Virus record (IMG/VR): IMGVR_UViG_3300032287_003803
Source: an uncultured virus (IMG/VR IMGVR_UViG_3300032287_003803)
Taxonomy: Duplodnaviria; Heunggongvirae; Uroviricota; Caudoviricetes
Length of the DNA stretch: 64,000 nucleotides
Reading direction: 5' to 3' (one strand)
Shown here: positions 46,982-57,653 of the stretch, piece by piece
Layout: every line of letters begins with the position of its first letter
Numbering within the stretch: position 1 is the stretch's first letter
The notes under the pieces: generated by a model
Told to the model about the DNA's origin: nothing
Database searches by the model: none
What the model saw: only the letters and a program-made list of their open reading frames with translations
Made by a program: the position numbers and the translations under genes

Positions 46982-49900
46982 ATGAGTCATTTTTCTAAAA
47001 AATACATCAAAGGAATCGTTGGTGCGGGCGGTGGTAATGATTCTCCTCCTGCACCACAGCCACCAACTTTTAAACCGCCAAAATTGGGTGATTTACAAGC
47101 AATTAGTTCGTATGACTATGTAGAAAATATTGATCTAATTTCAGACGGAGAAATTGATGGTTTTGTTAACCAAAATGGAGAATATGTTGATAATATTCGC
47201 TTATTCGAAAGTATTTATTTGGAAGACGTTGCTGTTCGACAACCTATTGATAGTCAATCTTTTAATTTGATTGCGAGTTTTGACTTAAATTTTATTGCTT
47301 CGTCTTTTCAAAATAAATTTTATTCTAATTCTCAATTTATTGAGACGTTTATAACGAATCTGAGTGATTTAACTGATTCAAACACTCAAGGTATTTCTTT
47401 TTCTGTATTATCTGGTAAGGATAAAATAGCGGATTCTATTTTTCAATCAGTTAGGAATATTGAAAATGCATATTTGAATATTCAGCCAGCAAATCAAAAT
47501 GATTCAATCTTTAAACAATTAAGATTTTTAAGAGCACAGTTTAATTTCACTTCTCAAAGAGAAGTGTTGACTTATCTTTTGCCAGATTTCCCAGAATATT
47601 TTTCCACTGATTATCCATTTTTAGCATTAAAGATTTCCTTAAATGCAAATCTTGCTCCTTATGGATATTCTCATTCAATTGACGATTTGATCGTCTTATC
47701 AGACGATATTTGTAATCAAATATATTATGATTTAGAACAATCAGAACTTCAAAATAAGAAAATTTTATCTCCTAAAAAGAAAATAAATACATGTTTTTTT
47801 GAGTTTAGTGGTGGTAATATCTTTGCAAAAGGCGATTTTTATATTTTCTTTTATCAAAAGGACAATTACGTTCTCAAAAATGGTGTTGATGCAATTATCA
47901 ATTTTATTAAATCTGTTAAGGTTATCAATACCACGGCTAAATTTAATTATGCTAATGCTGTATTTGAGACTAGAGAAGGTTCTGATCTTCAAAAGCCATT
48001 AAGTTTATTTAATAAAACTTATCTAGATACGTCATTTAACTCTAAATTAAGAGGGCCATTTGAACAAGGAAAACCCGTATTAACGCTACTTAATAAAGAA
48101 TATACTGAAGTTGATTCAAGATACAATGCTTCTTCTGCTTCTGCAAATTCTGGCTTAATATCTGATTTAGAATTTAAACAAGGAACTACAGAATTTTTTT
48201 CTGTTCAAGAATTAAATGAATTAAAAACTATTCATTCTGATTTATTTAAAAATGAATCTGATTTTGTCAACTTAACAAAGCAATTGATGAGTGGAAACAC
48301 TCTATCGCTTGGTCTTTTGAATCCTGATCCAGAATTTAGAAATAGTTCTTGGTCTATTGAATCAATTAGTAAAAATGGCAATATTATTCAAATGGTATTG
48401 GCTGGTAAAATTAATTATCGTTTCTATTCAAATAATGTAACAATAACACTTTCATTTGATAAAACAACAAAATGTTTTAAGAAAAACATTGTCAAGAATA
48501 ATGGCGACCAATTTAATATATTGGCTACTGATACTATTTATATCATAAATTATTTGAATGATTTTATTAGTACAAATAGTTTTGATATTACTGTTATTTA
48601 CTATCCAACTGAAACTTTTCTAACATCATACTCTCCTTCAATTGGTTGGCCTTTATTTTTTAGAATCGCTTGTCGAGCACTATTGGAAGGCGCTTATGCA
48701 AACGAAGGTAGTGATGATTTTAGAAAGGCTGGTGGTACTCTAGAGAGCTATACCAATTGGAATAAAAATTATGTCAAATATTTGTCAGAACCTGGTTCAA
48801 GAATTACGCATATTGTTTTGAACCCAAATGTTGATCAGGTATTTGCCTCTTTACAAATTACTTCTTTACAAGATACGGCACAACAAAATTTATTTTTATT
48901 AAAAGCCGATGGAACAAAGGAAGATGTTCAAGCTGGAACAAATATTCCATCCATAATTGAATTTAAAATTGAAACTGGCTATCAAACTTTAACTGGAGAA
49001 GAAGAGCTGTTCGTTTCAAGATTATTCCAAGTGAAAGGGTTGATTAACTCGCCGACAACAATTGATGTTGGCCGCGAAGAAAATTCATCAGTAATTCAGC
49101 AGTATAGCAGATTTATTCTTGGAACAGAAAATATAGCTCAACCAATTTCATTACCGCCTTATGAGGCCAATAAAAACAGGTTCGTAAGAGTTTATAGGGT
49201 AACTGCCGAGTCCTACTCTTCTCTTGTAAGACGCGAAATTTATTTAAATAAAATTACAGAAATTATTAATGTTCCGTTTTCTTATCCATATTCAACCATT
49301 TGTGGATTAAAACTAGACGCTAGAACATTCAGTTCAATTCCGTCTCGTAGTTATGATGCGCGATTTAAAAAAGTTTTTGTTCCAAGCAATTATTTCCCAT
49401 TAAAACCAAGTGGTCAAGATAAAAGATACATCGCTGGTAAAAATTTAGCCTCTTTCAATCAACTGTCGAATTCAAGCGATGAAAAAATAATTTACAAAGG
49501 CAATTGGGATGGAACATTTAAATTAGCTTGGACAGATAATCCTGTTTGGGTCTTATTTGATATTTTAATCAATCGCAGATATGGATTGGGCAATTTCGTT
49601 TCTCCGTCTGAGGTTAACTATTGGGAGCTTTACAAGATTGGGCGTTACTGCGATGCTGTTGACTCAAACGGCGTGTTTGCTGGAGTTTCTTCCGCAGATG
49701 GCGGCTTGGAGCCTAGATACGCTTTTAATGGAGTGATTGCTGATAAATCAAATGTATTTGATTCACTTAAATCTCTGATTGCTTGTTTCAGAGGAAACAT
49801 GTTCTACACAAACTCTGAAATTAACTTTACGAACGATAGATTAAAGCCAATCATGGCTTTTTTCAACAATGCAAATGTGAAGGACAGCATGTTTAACTAC

Positions 49901-51127
49901 TCTAATGAGCGTAGAGATTCACAATACAATGTGATTGAAGTTAGTTATTTGGATCGCGACGACTTATTCAAGCAGAAAATAGAATATGTTGAAGACACTG
50001 ATGACATCAAATCTCGCGGTATTTTAAGAACAACTGCTCAAACTTTTGGCATTACCAGTAGAGCGCATGCTAAGAGACTTGGTGAACATATCATTTATTC
50101 AACAATCAATGAAGACGAAAATGTGGCCTTTGTTGGCGGATTAGAAACATTGCTCTGCCGACCAGGAGATTTAGTTGCTATTAATGACGAAGTAAAAACA
50201 CTTAAGAGACATGTTGGCCGAGTTTTAAATGTTGATCCAATTACTAATTCTATTTATACTAATATTTCTCTTAAGGCATCTGATTTTAGCTCTTCTGGAC
50301 TAACAGGAGAAATTTCAGTTTTGATTCCAACAGGAAAACTTCAATCAGAAGATTTTTATAACTTGGCAAAATCGCCTAGTAAATTAAACATTTCTGAAAT
50401 TTATCAAACAGATTTGCCAATGAGAGTAACCTTCCAAAGCACAGGAAGACAAGTTTCTCCATCGCTTAGTTACGGTTCAAACTTCTTTATTGATACTGGA
50501 TGTTCTGGTTACCCACTATTTCAGGATATTCGGGTTGGCTCACCATGTTCAATCACAGTTGCCAATACAAAACAGCAAATTTACAAAATTCAATCCATCA
50601 AAGAATTAAACTTAAACGAGTACGAAGTTATTGCTTCAAAATTTGACACTGGAAAATTTAGCGAGATTGAAAAAGGCGAAACAGGATTAATGCAAGATTT
50701 CTTTACTGCTTTCCCACCTGCGAGAAACACTAATGTCAGCGAAGGAAACTCAGTTTCACTAGAAAATAAATTCCAATACGAACTAAAATTCCCAAGAATT
50801 TTAACGTTTGCAACTGGAAATTGGAACTTGCAATTTGATAAGATTGATCTATCTGGACAGTGGACAAGTGTTGCAGATGCAAACTCCTACAATGTTGAAT
50901 TGATTACTCCAAAATATAGAAGCATCAAACAAATTGTAACTGGCACATCTGCAATTTTTGAAGATCAAACTGAGGTTGGTCGATTCACTTTAAAAGTTAC
51001 AGCGCGAAATACTGGTTCTTATCCAAACCCAATATCTGCCACTTCTTCTTCAACAACAACTGTGCTTTCTTACACTGCCCCAGTAAGAAATAATGGCATT
51101 ATTCAGGGGTTTGTAATAAGTAGATAA
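46982..51127 (+). CDS. Tail tip / host-specificity protein J-like
   Basis: IDLISDGEIDG, YPYST..G...DA..F..IP.R.Y, WDGTFK.AWTDNP.W...D...N.RYGLG, EPRY, GITSR..A.R.G. Confidence 0.92.
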   Translation: MSHFSKKYIKGIVGAGGGNDSPPAPQPPTFKPPKLGDLQAISSYDYVENIDLISDGEIDGFVNQNGEYVDNIRLFESIYLEDVAVRQPIDSQSFNLIASFDLNFIASSFQNKFYSNSQFIETFITNLSDLTDSNTQGISFSVLSGKDKIADSIFQSVRNIENAYLNIQPANQNDSIFKQLRFLRAQFNFTSQREVLTYLLPDFPEYFSTDYPFLALKISLNANLAPYGYSHSIDDLIVLSDDICNQIYYDLEQSELQNKKILSPKKKINTCFFEFSGGNIFAKGDFYIFFYQKDNYVLKNGVDAIINFIKSVKVINTTAKFNYANAVFETREGSDLQKPLSLFNKTYLDTSFNSKLRGPFEQGKPVLTLLNKEYTEVDSRYNASSASANSGLISDLEFKQGTTEFFSVQELNELKTIHSDLFKNESDFVNLTKQLMSGNTLSLGLLNPDPEFRNSSWSIESISKNGNIIQMVLAGKINYRFYSNNVTITLSFDKTTKCFKKNIVKNNGDQFNILATDTIYIINYLNDFISTNSFDITVIYYPTETFLTSYSPSIGWPLFFRIACRALLEGAYANEGSDDFRKAGGTLESYTNWNKNYVKYLSEPGSRITHIVLNPNVDQVFASLQITSLQDTAQQNLFLLKADGTKEDVQAGTNIPSIIEFKIETGYQTLTGEEELFVSRLFQVKGLINSPTTIDVGREENSSVIQQYSRFILGTENIAQPISLPPYEANKNRFVRVYRVTAESYSSLVRREIYLNKITEIINVPFSYPYSTICGLKLDARTFSSIPSRSYDARFKKVFVPSNYFPLKPSGQDKRYIAGKNLASFNQLSNSSDEKIIYKGNWDGTFKLAWTDNPVWVLFDILINRRYGLGNFVSPSEVNYWELYKIGRYCDAVDSNGVFAGVSSADGGLEPRYAFNGVIADKSNVFDSLKSLIACFRGNMFYTNSEINFTNDRLKPIMAFFNNANVKDSMFNYSNERRDSQYNVIEVSYLDRDDLFKQKIEYVEDTDDIKSRGILRTTAQTFGITSRAHAKRLGEHIIYSTINEDENVAFVGGLETLLCRPGDLVAINDEVKTLKRHVGRVLNVDPITNSIYTNISLKASDFSSSGLTGEISVLIPTGKLQSEDFYNLAKSPSKLNISEIYQTDLPMRVTFQSTGRQVSPSLSYGSNFFIDTGCSGYPLFQDIRVGSPCSITVANTKQQIYKIQSIKELNLNEYEVIASKFDTGKFSEIEKGETGLMQDFFTAFPPARNTNVSEGNSVSLENKFQYELKFPRILTFATGNWNLQFDKIDLSGQWTSVADANSYNVELITPKYRSIKQIVTGTSAIFEDQTEVGRFTLKVTARNTGSYPNPISATSSSTTTVLSYTAPVRNNGIIQGFVISR

Positions 51128-51128
51128 T

Positions 51129-53057
51129 ATGCCCACGCCTACACCAACTCCTCCTGGACCAACGCCTTCGCCAACGCCTTCGCCAACGCCTTCGCCAACG
51201 CCTTCGCCAACGCCTTCGCCAACGCCTTCGCCAACGCCAACGCCTTCGCCAACGCCTTCGCCAACGCCTTCGCCGACGCCTCCGCCGACGCCTTCGCCGA
51301 CGCCTCCGCCGACGCCTCCGCCGACGCCTCCGCCGACGCCTCCGCCGACGCCAACACCCATACCGCCTGTCCCAACACCGCCGCCTGTCCCAACACCGCC
51401 GCCACCACCTTGGACTCCAACACCACCATTTACTCCTCCGCCGCCGCCAATAGAAATTGGTTTTTATCCTTCTGAAAGTTCAGTAGGAACTGGAGTTAGT
51501 TTTTATTATTCAAAATTTAAAGACTCTACTTTTAATTTTCAATATAAAGATATTTATGATAATGAAATCACAAATGATATTGATCTTGCTCAAAATCAAG
51601 GGTTTTCAATTTATGACTTTTCTTATCGAGTTTCTTTGCTATCAACAGGAGCTTGGCCATCAACATCAGAGCCTTATATTGTAGCAGAAAATTTTGCCAC
51701 AGATCAAAGAAGCTTGTCTTTTAATTTTACTAAAGAAAAGAACGCTGAGCTTTTTAATTCGACTTCTGGAGAAAGATATTATTCGTTATTGTTTAACGTA
51801 AAAAATAGAGGCGTTGAGAACTCTGTTTTATCGACAATTTATCATTTGCCAGCAAATATTGATTCTATAACTGTAGAAGACTATTACTCTTCTCAAGTAA
51901 CTGGAATAGTCGATCAAGTATTGACATCTTGGCCTTACATTGGAGACGGTTCGATTAGCGGCTTTGATGTTACTGGCGCTCAAAACCCTTTTGTTACTGG
52001 ATTGACTTCTGGCTTGTCCACCGTCACAACTTGGACATATTTTCCAACAGGTGATGTTTCTGGATTTTCTATTGTTGGCTATAGTGATAGTGGTAATTTT
52101 TATGATGTTTATTCTGGTGGATTTTTGGTTATTCCAAGTGAATACCAAATTAAGTTTTCTCCACCAGAAGTTAATTTTTATACTTTAGTTAGTGGTTTTG
52201 ATTTGCGTATTGTCGAATCAACAGGAACAACTGGATTCCTTTCTACAAATTATAAAGTATTCATCGACGGATTTGAAGAGCTTTCTGGTGATTATTTAAT
52301 TGACGGAAACAGTGAACAATTATTATTTTACAGTCCTCCTGCAAATAATTCATCCATTCTGATCCAAGAAATAACTGGAATTAGTCAATTAATAAATAGC
52401 CCTTTAAGTGGGCAGGTTAATTTTACAGTTAACTTCGACACTGATTCTGTAGAGAACTATATTGTTAGATCGCTTGACGTTTATACTGGCGCAAATACTG
52501 GAGAGCAGCATTCTGTTTCTGGCTTTGGTTTATTGAAAACAATAAATTTTTTAGAAAACGCATCTTCTCAAGATTTTTCTGTTTTGGCTGAAGAAGTCCC
52601 AGTTAATCAATTTGTTTACTATAAATTCATACCAAATGATGATTTTGGCGCTGGTTATATTTTCAATGCTGAAACAAGTGGTTATTTATTTCTGCCTCCT
52701 GAGCAATTAGTATATACGAATGCTATTCCGCCAACTCTATCTTTTGAGAGAAGAACTGGTAATTTCTTTACTGGTTTAGATTCGCCACAGTCTCAACCTA
52801 ATTATGATGGAGCTTTAATTTATCAAACAGGAAGTTATGGACAAAATCTTTACTTAGTAAAGTCTGGACAGTGGAAAACTATTCTTCCTTATGAAGAAAT
52901 CAGCGGGAACATTGATCAAAATTATATAAGATACGTTTCGCCCCCTGTAACCGCTTCATCTAACGGCAGAAAGGGCGACGTATCTTTTAGTGGAACTTAT
53001 TTGTATGCTGCTACTGGAACAAACAAGTGGGGAAGAGTTCAATTATCTTCTTGGTGA
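51129..53057 (+). CDS. Pro/Thr/Ser-rich tail fibre-like protein
   Basis: 12-nt tandem repeats encoding (PTPS)n/(PTPP)n at 51129-51450; C-terminal P.TASS.G.KGD....YLY.AT.TNKW.RV.LSSW motif of phage fibre proteins. Confidence 0.75.
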   Translation: MPTPTPTPPGPTPSPTPSPTPSPTPSPTPSPTPSPTPTPSPTPSPTPSPTPPPTPSPTPPPTPPPTPPPTPPPTPTPIPPVPTPPPVPTPPPPPWTPTPPFTPPPPPIEIGFYPSESSVGTGVSFYYSKFKDSTFNFQYKDIYDNEITNDIDLAQNQGFSIYDFSYRVSLLSTGAWPSTSEPYIVAENFATDQRSLSFNFTKEKNAELFNSTSGERYYSLLFNVKNRGVENSVLSTIYHLPANIDSITVEDYYSSQVTGIVDQVLTSWPYIGDGSISGFDVTGAQNPFVTGLTSGLSTVTTWTYFPTGDVSGFSIVGYSDSGNFYDVYSGGFLVIPSEYQIKFSPPEVNFYTLVSGFDLRIVESTGTTGFLSTNYKVFIDGFEELSGDYLIDGNSEQLLFYSPPANNSSILIQEITGISQLINSPLSGQVNFTVNFDTDSVENYIVRSLDVYTGANTGEQHSVSGFGLLKTINFLENASSQDFSVLAEEVPVNQFVYYKFIPNDDFGAGYIFNAETSGYLFLPPEQLVYTNAIPPTLSFERRTGNFFTGLDSPQSQPNYDGALIYQTGSYGQNLYLVKSGQWKTILPYEEISGNIDQNYIRYVSPPVTASSNGRKGDVSFSGTYLYAATGTNKWGRVQLSSW

Positions 53058-53212
53058 TTGAACGGCTTAAATATTAAATAATCTGGCTGATTCTCTTTTT
53101 CTTTGTATTTATTTTTAAATACAATGACGTTTTGAGTAATAATTTCACCATTCGGTCCCTGTAGAGTTACCTTCCCAGAAAGGTATTTATTGCCCTTCCC
53201 TTGCTTGAGCCA
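53039..53212 (-). CDS. Conserved small phage protein
   Basis: LGSLWLKQ....KYLSGKV...IVFKNKYK...QPDY; true start probably upstream of 53212. Confidence 0.55.
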   Translation of the reverse strand, partial: WLKQGKGNKYLSGKVTLQGPNGEIITQNVIVFKNKYKEKENQPDYLIFKPFNHQEDN

Positions 53213-53392
53213 TAGGCTTCCCAGATTGTTTTTCGACCAATTCGTAGAATTGTTTGGTTGCTTCGATGAAGTCTCTTCGTGCATAATGCGGAACCTTATT
53301 ATACTGCTTCTTTAAGCGCTTGTAAACTCTTTTGTTGATCGAGTTGTCTTTGGGATTAGTGATTGCTCTTAGCTGTTTTGCGATTGTTTTTC

Positions 53393-53848
53393 TCATATTT
53401 TTTTAATATACGATTCAGTATCTTTTTTAAATCCCATCTTTTGATAAATTTTCTTTAATTTTTCAGAAGTGGGATAGTTTTCGACACAGTTCATATTAAT
53501 GTATTCGATTCCTTTGCTTTTTGCAAATTTAATAGCTTTATTATATAAGGCGAATGATTTTTTAGGATTTTTACTAATCCAAAAACATTCTGAAAATATT
53601 CTTTGATTTAAAAATGGATGTATGCTATCCGTAAACATAATCATCCCATCTACAAGACCATTTTCAAAATTTGCCCAGCAATAAATGCTGCTATTTAACA
53701 TTGTTGAGTGTGCAAAAGAATCAATAACAGAGTTAGGATTAATAGCTAAATATGCGTGACCATATTTGGTGTTTTCCTCTTTAAAAAGAGCTTCTAAATC
53801 TCTAAAAGCTTTTTCAAACTCTTGGCCAGATGTAACTTTTTTAATCAT
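53393..53848 (-). CDS. GNAT-like protein
   Basis: ECFWIS...LY.KA..FAK..G...I.M...LKKIYQKMGFKK. Confidence 0.6.
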   Translation of the reverse strand: MIKKVTSGQEFEKAFRDLEALFKEENTKYGHAYLAINPNSVIDSFAHSTMLNSSIYCWANFENGLVDGMIMFTDSIHPFLNQRIFSECFWISKNPKKSFALYNKAIKFAKSKGIEYINMNCVENYPTSEKLKKIYQKMGFKKDTESYIKKI

Positions 53849-54579
53849 TTAGATACAATCGAAAGAAGTTTGCGGCTTTCTTTGATTGGAATATCTTCAA
53901 AAGAATTCCAATTTGCAGCTTCTTCATTCTTGTATGTTTCGTCTTTCCAAAGCTTTCTCAAATGCTTTTTAAAAGCTTCAAAATCTTCGCAGCCAAGGTT
54001 TTGTTTGGCAGAGTTTTTGAGAGCGCTCTGTGGCGTTAGCGACTGAACGATTGACTCGCTCTCTTCGTAAGCGACTTTATTTTTAGACTTATCAATTTCA
54101 TCATCGCCAACAATATGAATATTAAGATAATTGCGAACAGAGCGAACAAAAGCGCGATTTTCAGCAATAGGTTCCAAAAACTTAATGCCAAATCCAGAAC
54201 AATTCTCAGAGGTTGCGTTTGCTGTGCTAGTAAATGTTTGAGCATTGCCGTCGCTTTCATAATTTGGCATCCAACTAATGCAGCAAACTGCTGTGGCGTA
54301 ATGAGAGGAAATTGTTTCAATTTTAAATTGAACGTCAAGGAAGCCTCTGAGTCTTGCCAACTCTTTGATACCAGCCAACTTAACAAGAAGCTGGTGATCT
54401 CCAAGACCTTCAATAGAGTCTGGCACTTGAAGTTTGCGAGTTTCAAACCATTCCTTGTTAGGATACAAATGCTCTGGCTTAATCATTGCTCGCCAGTTAA
54501 TTGAGCCGTCTTCGTTGAATTTGTATTCAACTCCATCAATGAGGCCGAGTTCGTTACGCTTGTATTTGTTAGGATTCAT
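53845..54579 (-). CDS. Putative single-strand annealing / recombination protein
   Basis: LLVKLAGIKELA..RG and AENRAFVRSVRNYLNI, reminiscent of Rad52/Sak-like AETRA.xRA motif. Confidence 0.45.
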   Translation of the reverse strand: MNPNKYKRNELGLIDGVEYKFNEDGSINWRAMIKPEHLYPNKEWFETRKLQVPDSIEGLGDHQLLVKLAGIKELARLRGFLDVQFKIETISSHYATAVCCISWMPNYESDGNAQTFTSTANATSENCSGFGIKFLEPIAENRAFVRSVRNYLNIHIVGDDEIDKSKNKVAYEESESIVQSLTPQSALKNSAKQNLGCEDFEAFKKHLRKLWKDETYKNEEAANWNSFEDIPIKESRKLLSIVSK

Positions 54580-55732
54580 AAATAAAATAGTGATCTAGGT
54601 CTGTCCAGAAAGACTCATTATAGATCACGTCAGAAGCTCTGTCAACAAAAACTTTGTCTAAATCAGCATGAGCTTTAGAAGCATAACGTTTGCCGTTTGA
54701 AAAAATATCTTTTTTGGTTAAAAATTTCAAGTTCGCAATCTCGGAAAGATTTTTAATATTTTCTTGATTTGAAGGTTCATCAAGTTCAACTCTAAAATCA
54801 AAGTAAAAATTTCTAATTTCAGAAATCTGATCTTTGTTTTTTGTGCTGCATGAAATGTCTAGCCCAAGATTCTTGACAGATTCAAAATATTCGTTGCTGA
54901 AATCAGTTGTGTTTTCTATATGAAAAGTAATTTTTTTGATATTGTTTTTGCAATTAGATAAGAGTTGCACATTAATTGGTTTCGCAGAAATAATGTGGCA
55001 AGCATAGTTTGAGCACCAAGCCAGCAAATTATTTTCGTTATGAAAATAATCCATTCTAATGTTAATAAGCCTGTTTTTTAGCTCTTCTGCAAAACCATAA
55101 AAGTTAGGAATGATTTCTATAACTCCCTGAGAGTAAGACTCTCCAATGAATTTAGTGTTAATACTTTTGGTGTATGGAATCTTTAGGAGTTCACAAACAT
55201 TTTTAACAATATCTTCTGGCTTAATTGTATTGATTGATTTCGGCTTTTCGTGATAGTTGTAGCTTGGTTTACGTCCATTTCGATCTGCTTCTAAAATCCT
55301 AACCTTACTCGGAGTGCTCCAGTATGGATGAGCATGGCTTGGATAAATGTGAGAATAAAGAGCAACAATTGGAACATCAAAAACACTCGCTTGATGAATT
55401 GGGAAGCTGTCAATACCCAAGTGAAGGCTTGAATTTTTCACAATGTATGAAGTTTGTTTCCTTGAAAAACCAAGAAAAGATTTGTCAACAAGTGGCAATT
55501 GTGGGTCTTCTCCGCCACCAATTTGATAGATTTTATATCCTAATGGGTGCAAGAGATTTTTTAAAAGCTCTATGACTTCTGGAAAGAATTCATAAAATTT
55601 AGAATCAATTTTGTTATCAATGTGAACAGTAATGTATTTGTCATCAATAACGGGAATATAATGGGTTGGAAAAATAGGCTTACCAATTTTAACGCCCAAG
55701 TTTTTAGCGTATTCTTCGACTAGATGCGACAT
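54569..55732 (-). CDS. Glycosyltransferase, GT9 (heptosyltransferase)-like
   Basis: YQIGG, IVKNSSLHLGIDSFPIHQAS...P.VALY. Confidence 0.75.
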   Translation of the reverse strand: MSHLVEEYAKNLGVKIGKPIFPTHYIPVIDDKYITVHIDNKIDSKFYEFFPEVIELLKNLLHPLGYKIYQIGGGEDPQLPLVDKSFLGFSRKQTSYIVKNSSLHLGIDSFPIHQASVFDVPIVALYSHIYPSHAHPYWSTPSKVRILEADRNGRKPSYNYHEKPKSINTIKPEDIVKNVCELLKIPYTKSINTKFIGESYSQGVIEIIPNFYGFAEELKNRLINIRMDYFHNENNLLAWCSNYACHIISAKPINVQLLSNCKNNIKKITFHIENTTDFSNEYFESVKNLGLDISCSTKNKDQISEIRNFYFDFRVELDEPSNQENIKNLSEIANLKFLTKKDIFSNGKRYASKAHADLDKVFVDRASDVIYNESFWTDLDHYFIYES

Positions 55733-55733
55733 A

Positions 55734-57653
55734 TTATGTTAATTGTAATTGAGACTTATCTTTGCCGTTGTGTTGATAAGTGAAGTGTTTTTGCGTTGTA
55801 ACGAATGGCAAAAATGCTAGTTCAAAATACCCTTTATGCTCTCCTTGCCCCTCTAAAAAAAGTAGGTTGTCAAAAATTGGAGAATATGGCAGCACCCTAT
55901 GAACACATGGATGCTCATCAACGATTTCAAAAAATTGCGGCAAAGTAATAAAATAGATATTGTATTCTGGATATAGTTCTTTTAAATTTTGGAGCAGAGA
56001 ATTCACCATTAAAACATCTCCTGCTGATTGCGGCATTACTACAGCAATTCTTTTGCCTTCGTCATCTTTGCCTAAAACGTCTCCAATATCAATTGCCTTT
56101 GGTTCGATTGTGGCTGCTGTATTTTTGAAATGATTTAATACTTGTTCTCTATTGAGGTCTGACTTGAGTCGATCAATCCAGTGCAAGCATCCTTGATGAT
56201 TGCAGTCAACTGTTTCACCAAGAATGTTTTTATACAAGTCGATGATCCATTCTGCATTGTCTTTAATATTTGGAGGCTGATAGTTTGGATTTTTGACTCT
56301 TTCCTTAATGCTCCAATCTTCTACGAAAGGCGCGTTGTCAAACATTTCTTCTAACTGCTTGCAGACAACCTCAATTGAGCAATGATTGATTGTAAAATCT
56401 CTAGCCTTCTTGCCAATTTCTGCGCGTTTTTCAGGCTTCATGTTGTAAACTTTATCTAATTGTTTACAAATGCTGAATGCTTTGGTGGAAGCTTTAATGA
56501 ATTGAGTTCCTGGCTCGCGATACTCTGACCAATCAAGCGGCAAACCTCCGCTCTCATCTGTGCAATAGTCTTCTCCGCAAGAATAGTTTGTTACAAGAGT
56601 GATGAGTTCGGCGAGTTTAGCTTCTTGAACGGGAATTTCTTGACCACCGCTTGTGAATGGATGGCAATAAACATCCATGATGTTATAAATCTCATTTAAT
56701 TGAGCCTCATTTACACCATGAACAATATTTGCTGTCGAAACACTTCTTTGAGCTTTGCAATGTGAGCAATTTAGGTCTTGACCTTGATACGGTTTGATTT
56801 CATACTGGCGACAATTCTTACAAAAGTATGTTGTGAGAATGTCAGAGTTGTCAATGTTCTTTTCTCTGAGAAGTCTTGGAATGTCCCATCCTTCCACCCA
56901 ATGAGTGTGCAGTAAGAGCTTTGGTTTTGCTTCTGGATTTTTTGCCTTGAATTCACAAAAGCCGTCCAAAAGATTTGGAACACTCTTTCTAAGCTGATTG
57001 CGAAATACAAAACCAATAACAAATTCGTCTTTGAGATTGAATTTTTTTCTCAAATCGTTTTTAGTTTTTGAACCAAGATTATAGAACTGATTGACATCAA
57101 GAGTTCCAGGGAGGGTTTTAACATGATCGTATCCAATCTCTTTTAGAGCCTTTTCTGCGAACGATGCCCACACAAGGTAGTTCTTGACCTTTGGCGCTGC
57201 GTCAACAGCGTCAGGAAGGATTGGAAGCGAATCTAGAGTGGTCCAGATTGCAGAAGTGATGTGGTTCCACCAAGGTTTGTCCCAAAACCCATTAAAGGCC
57301 CAAATATCTTCAATGCCAAGATATACATCTGGTTTGAGTTTTTCAATGGCGCTGTCAATACCATAACCGCCATAATTTGCGGCTCTTTCTTTATTACCGT
57401 CTCCTCTGATTTGCGCCATGACATTCGGATTCGGCATGGAGCCATAACACTGCCAAGGTTGAAATTTGCAATCTGGCGCATCCCAAGGCAAGCCGTTAGC
57501 GAATTCTATAAGTTCATATTTGCCAGTTTCATGCAACTTGCGCAAAATGTTTTTATTGTTTTTCCCAAATCCAGTAAATAGGCGGGAAAAATTTGTATGA
57601 ATTAAGATTCGCTTTTTTCTCATGTTATTCTGTGGCTTGGGCTTTTGATTCAA
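55734..57653 (-). CDS. Glycosyltransferase GT4 with C-terminal GT9-like N-domain
   Basis: GFVFRNQLRKS.P.L, IYNIMDVYCHPFTSGGQEIP..EA; QSAGDVLM..SL...LKELYP. Confidence 0.85.
   Translation of the reverse strand: MNQKPKPQNNMRKKRILIHTNFSRLFTGFGKNNKNILRKLHETGKYELIEFANGLPWDAPDCKFQPWQCYGSMPNPNVMAQIRGDGNKERAANYGGYGIDSAIEKLKPDVYLGIEDIWAFNGFWDKPWWNHITSAIWTTLDSLPILPDAVDAAPKVKNYLVWASFAEKALKEIGYDHVKTLPGTLDVNQFYNLGSKTKNDLRKKFNLKDEFVIGFVFRNQLRKSVPNLLDGFCEFKAKNPEAKPKLLLHTHWVEGWDIPRLLREKNIDNSDILTTYFCKNCRQYEIKPYQGQDLNCSHCKAQRSVSTANIVHGVNEAQLNEIYNIMDVYCHPFTSGGQEIPVQEAKLAELITLVTNYSCGEDYCTDESGGLPLDWSEYREPGTQFIKASTKAFSICKQLDKVYNMKPEKRAEIGKKARDFTINHCSIEVVCKQLEEMFDNAPFVEDWSIKERVKNPNYQPPNIKDNAEWIIDLYKNILGETVDCNHQGCLHWIDRLKSDLNREQVLNHFKNTAATIEPKAIDIGDVLGKDDEGKRIAVVMPQSAGDVLMVNSLLQNLKELYPEYNIYFITLPQFFEIVDEHPCVHRVLPYSPIFDNLLFLEGQGEHKGYFELAFLPFVTTQKHFTYQHNGKDKSQLQLT

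Noticed and set aside
51050..51429. Gly/Val- and Ala/Lys-rich antisense ORFs
   Set aside because: Shadows of the Pro/Thr repeat
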